In this document: positions 62,824-64,000 of the stretch, one piece after another
How the letters are laid out: each line of letters opens with the position of its first letter
How positions within the stretch are numbered: the first letter of the stretch is position 1
Origin: Candidatus Woesearchaeota archaeon
GTDB taxonomy: Archaea; Nanobdellota; Nanobdellia; Woesearchaeales; SM23-78
DNA: 64,000 nt
Direction of reading: 5' to 3'
Assembly: GCA_016932315.1 (NCBI GenBank)
Contig: JAFGDD010000004.1
Span: 125,466 to 189,465 of the forward strand
Translations under genes and position numbers: made by a program
The notes under the pieces: model-generated
The model's database searches: none
What the model saw: the letters and a program-made list of their open reading frames with translations, nothing else
What the model was told of the DNA's origin: nothing

Positions 62824-63234
62824 TCATATTTTTTTCTTATCCTGCTTCCAATATAATCTTTTTATAGCATCATCTATTATTTGAGCTTTAGGGACTATAT
62901 CAAAGCTTCCCAACAGAATAAACCATTCAGTCGGAAGCTGCTCTCTTTTCAATTCGTACTTTGCCAGCTCTTTTTCCAAAGTTGTTTTTCCTTCTATGAC
63001 TTTATTCATGAGGTTAAGTGATTTTTTAGCTCTTTTCCTGAGCCTTTCAGACCAGCCCTGATAATGAGTCATTTTTTCCAGGTTTTGCACATACTTCTCA
63101 ACTATGCCGGTCAATACTCTTTCCTTGGCTTGCTCGCTAATGAAAGGAAAATACTCATTTACTCCTTTGCAACTCTTCTCAAAATACTTTATGTCCATTG
63201 CTAGTTCCCCAAATCCGATGTACATAGTTTTCAC
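62824..63234 (-). CDS. Hypothetical helical protein; member of a tandem trio with a conserved C-terminal R-I/L-x-x-L-Y-W/Y-K motif
   Basis: C-terminus AIKRLYWKQDKKKI. Overlaps the upstream trio member by 4 nt. Confidence 0.4.
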   Translation of the reverse strand: MKTMYIGFGELAMDIKYFEKSCKGVNEYFPFISEQAKERVLTGIVEKYVQNLEKMTHYQGWSERLRKRAKKSLNLMNKVIEGKTTLEKELAKYELKREQLPTEWFILLGSFDIVPKAQIIDDAIKRLYWKQDKKKI

Positions 63235-63662
63235 CTCGCAGTATTGTAGTAAAGCTTGGTTATTATCCTGTCAAGCCTTGCGCATTGCTCGTCTCTTGGA
63301 AAAATTCCTCCGACCAAATCTCCAAAAGCATGATGCAGAACAGCGTATATGTCTCTTTTTTCATAGAGTTCGTTGACTTTTGCAAGAGTTTTTGTGAAGG
63401 TGGTCTCGCCGTGCAATATGCTGTCAAGCAATCTTTTGCGGGTTTCTCCAAGCTCCAGAACATACTGCCTAAAATCAAGGTCTGACTTGCTAACCTGCTT
63501 TTGCTTTGCCTCTTCAAGCTCTTTCTTTGCGCGGTCCAAGCCCTTTTCAACATATTCAAATCTAAAATATTCTATAGTCTCCTTCAGCGCCTTATCAACA
63601 GTTTCAGGGATTATGCCTTCAGAAAACTCCAGTATTCCTTCTAATTGCCTTCCAAGATTCAT
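63231..63662 (-). CDS. Hypothetical helical protein (trio member 2)
   Basis: C-terminus RIITKLYYNTAR. An ATGA overlap with the downstream gene indicates an operon. Confidence 0.4.
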   Translation of the reverse strand: MNLGRQLEGILEFSEGIIPETVDKALKETIEYFRFEYVEKGLDRAKKELEEAKQKQVSKSDLDFRQYVLELGETRKRLLDSILHGETTFTKTLAKVNELYEKRDIYAVLHHAFGDLVGGIFPRDEQCARLDRIITKLYYNTAR

Positions 63663-63672
63663 TCAGCACCTC

Positions 63673-63966
63673 CTATTTCCAATAAAGATTTCTTAGGATT
63701 CGGTCTGTTGTTTTTATTCTGTTCTTCAAGCCATCAAGCTCGTCCTGATCATAATCTTTTATCTCTTTCTCAAGCCCAGGCTCTTCAGAATAAAAGATGT
63801 TTAGTGTTGAGAGAATGAAATCTTTTGTTCCCAGTCGTTTATATTCCTCCGTGAAGCTGAGTTTTTTATGGATTGCATCCATCATCATATCATAAGCTTT
63901 TAAGTGCCTCTGCTTTTGCTTCGAAGTCTGCTTTGGCTTCTTGTAATTTTTCCATAGCTCCTTCAT
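63673..63966 (-). CDS. Hypothetical helical protein (trio member 3)
   Basis: C-terminus RILRNLYWK. Confidence 0.4.
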   Translation of the reverse strand: MKELWKNYKKPKQTSKQKQRHLKAYDMMMDAIHKKLSFTEEYKRLGTKDFILSTLNIFYSEEPGLEKEIKDYDQDELDGLKNRIKTTDRILRNLYWK

Positions 63967-64000
63967 GCCTGACTCAACAATCTCCTTAAGAACTTGCTTC

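Noticed and set aside
1-64000. Search for CRISPR arrays, rRNA genes, transposases or integrases
   Set aside because: No regularly spaced direct repeats with unique spacers were seen. There is no rRNA-like conserved sequence and no DDE or tyrosine-recombinase motifs. The only repeats are the short regulatory tandems and the two hairpin-element families described.

Overview
AT-rich archaeal genomic segment. It carries the tail of the archaeal ribosomal superoperon (uS5, uL30, uL15, SecY, DUF106 insertase-like protein, eL34, eL14) without adk or cmk, and lipoproteins with strong Shine-Dalgarno sites. That combination suggests a reduced-genome, DPANN-like archaeon. Core archaeal information-processing genes are present: PheS/PheT, Pelota, RFC small subunit, PAN, FEN-1, Hjc, histone, tRNA-splicing endonuclease, RNase Z, TrmB and Lrp regulators. 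Accessory content includes a glycyl-radical enzyme, alpha-glucan phosphorylase, two peptidases, an ABC exporter and several transporters.

The most notable features I found:

- **Multi-intron tRNA:** a GGGCCCG...CGGGCCC-bounded 182-nt locus at 31914-32095 on the minus strand folds as tRNA-Val(CAC) interrupted by three introns: D-loop, canonical 37/38, and T-loop 59/60.
- **Surface-protein operon:** an eight-gene plus-strand cluster (12820-22070) encodes a membrane-anchored protein, a polytopic membrane protein, four tandem paralogous lipoproteins with repeated V/I-x-N-x-G motifs, and two tiny Tyr-rich secreted proteins.
- **GC-rich structured elements:** two families of GC-rich hairpin elements are repeated in intergenic DNA. 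One (D/E) sits immediately 3' of stop codons. The other (A/B/C) carries a conserved C4-G5-C5 alternative-hairpin core.
- **Trm5 with inserted domain:** a Trm5/Taw2-type tRNA methyltransferase carries a ~240-aa inserted endonuclease-IV-like TIM-barrel domain.
- **FmrO-family methyltransferase:** an ArmA/FmrO-family 16S rRNA methyltransferase homolog lies between a TrmB regulator and pelota.
- **Orphan glycyl-radical enzyme:** it has no adjacent activase.
- **PurF-like protein:** its N-terminal nucleophile Cys is replaced by Ser.

No CRISPR array, rRNA or obvious transposase was seen.
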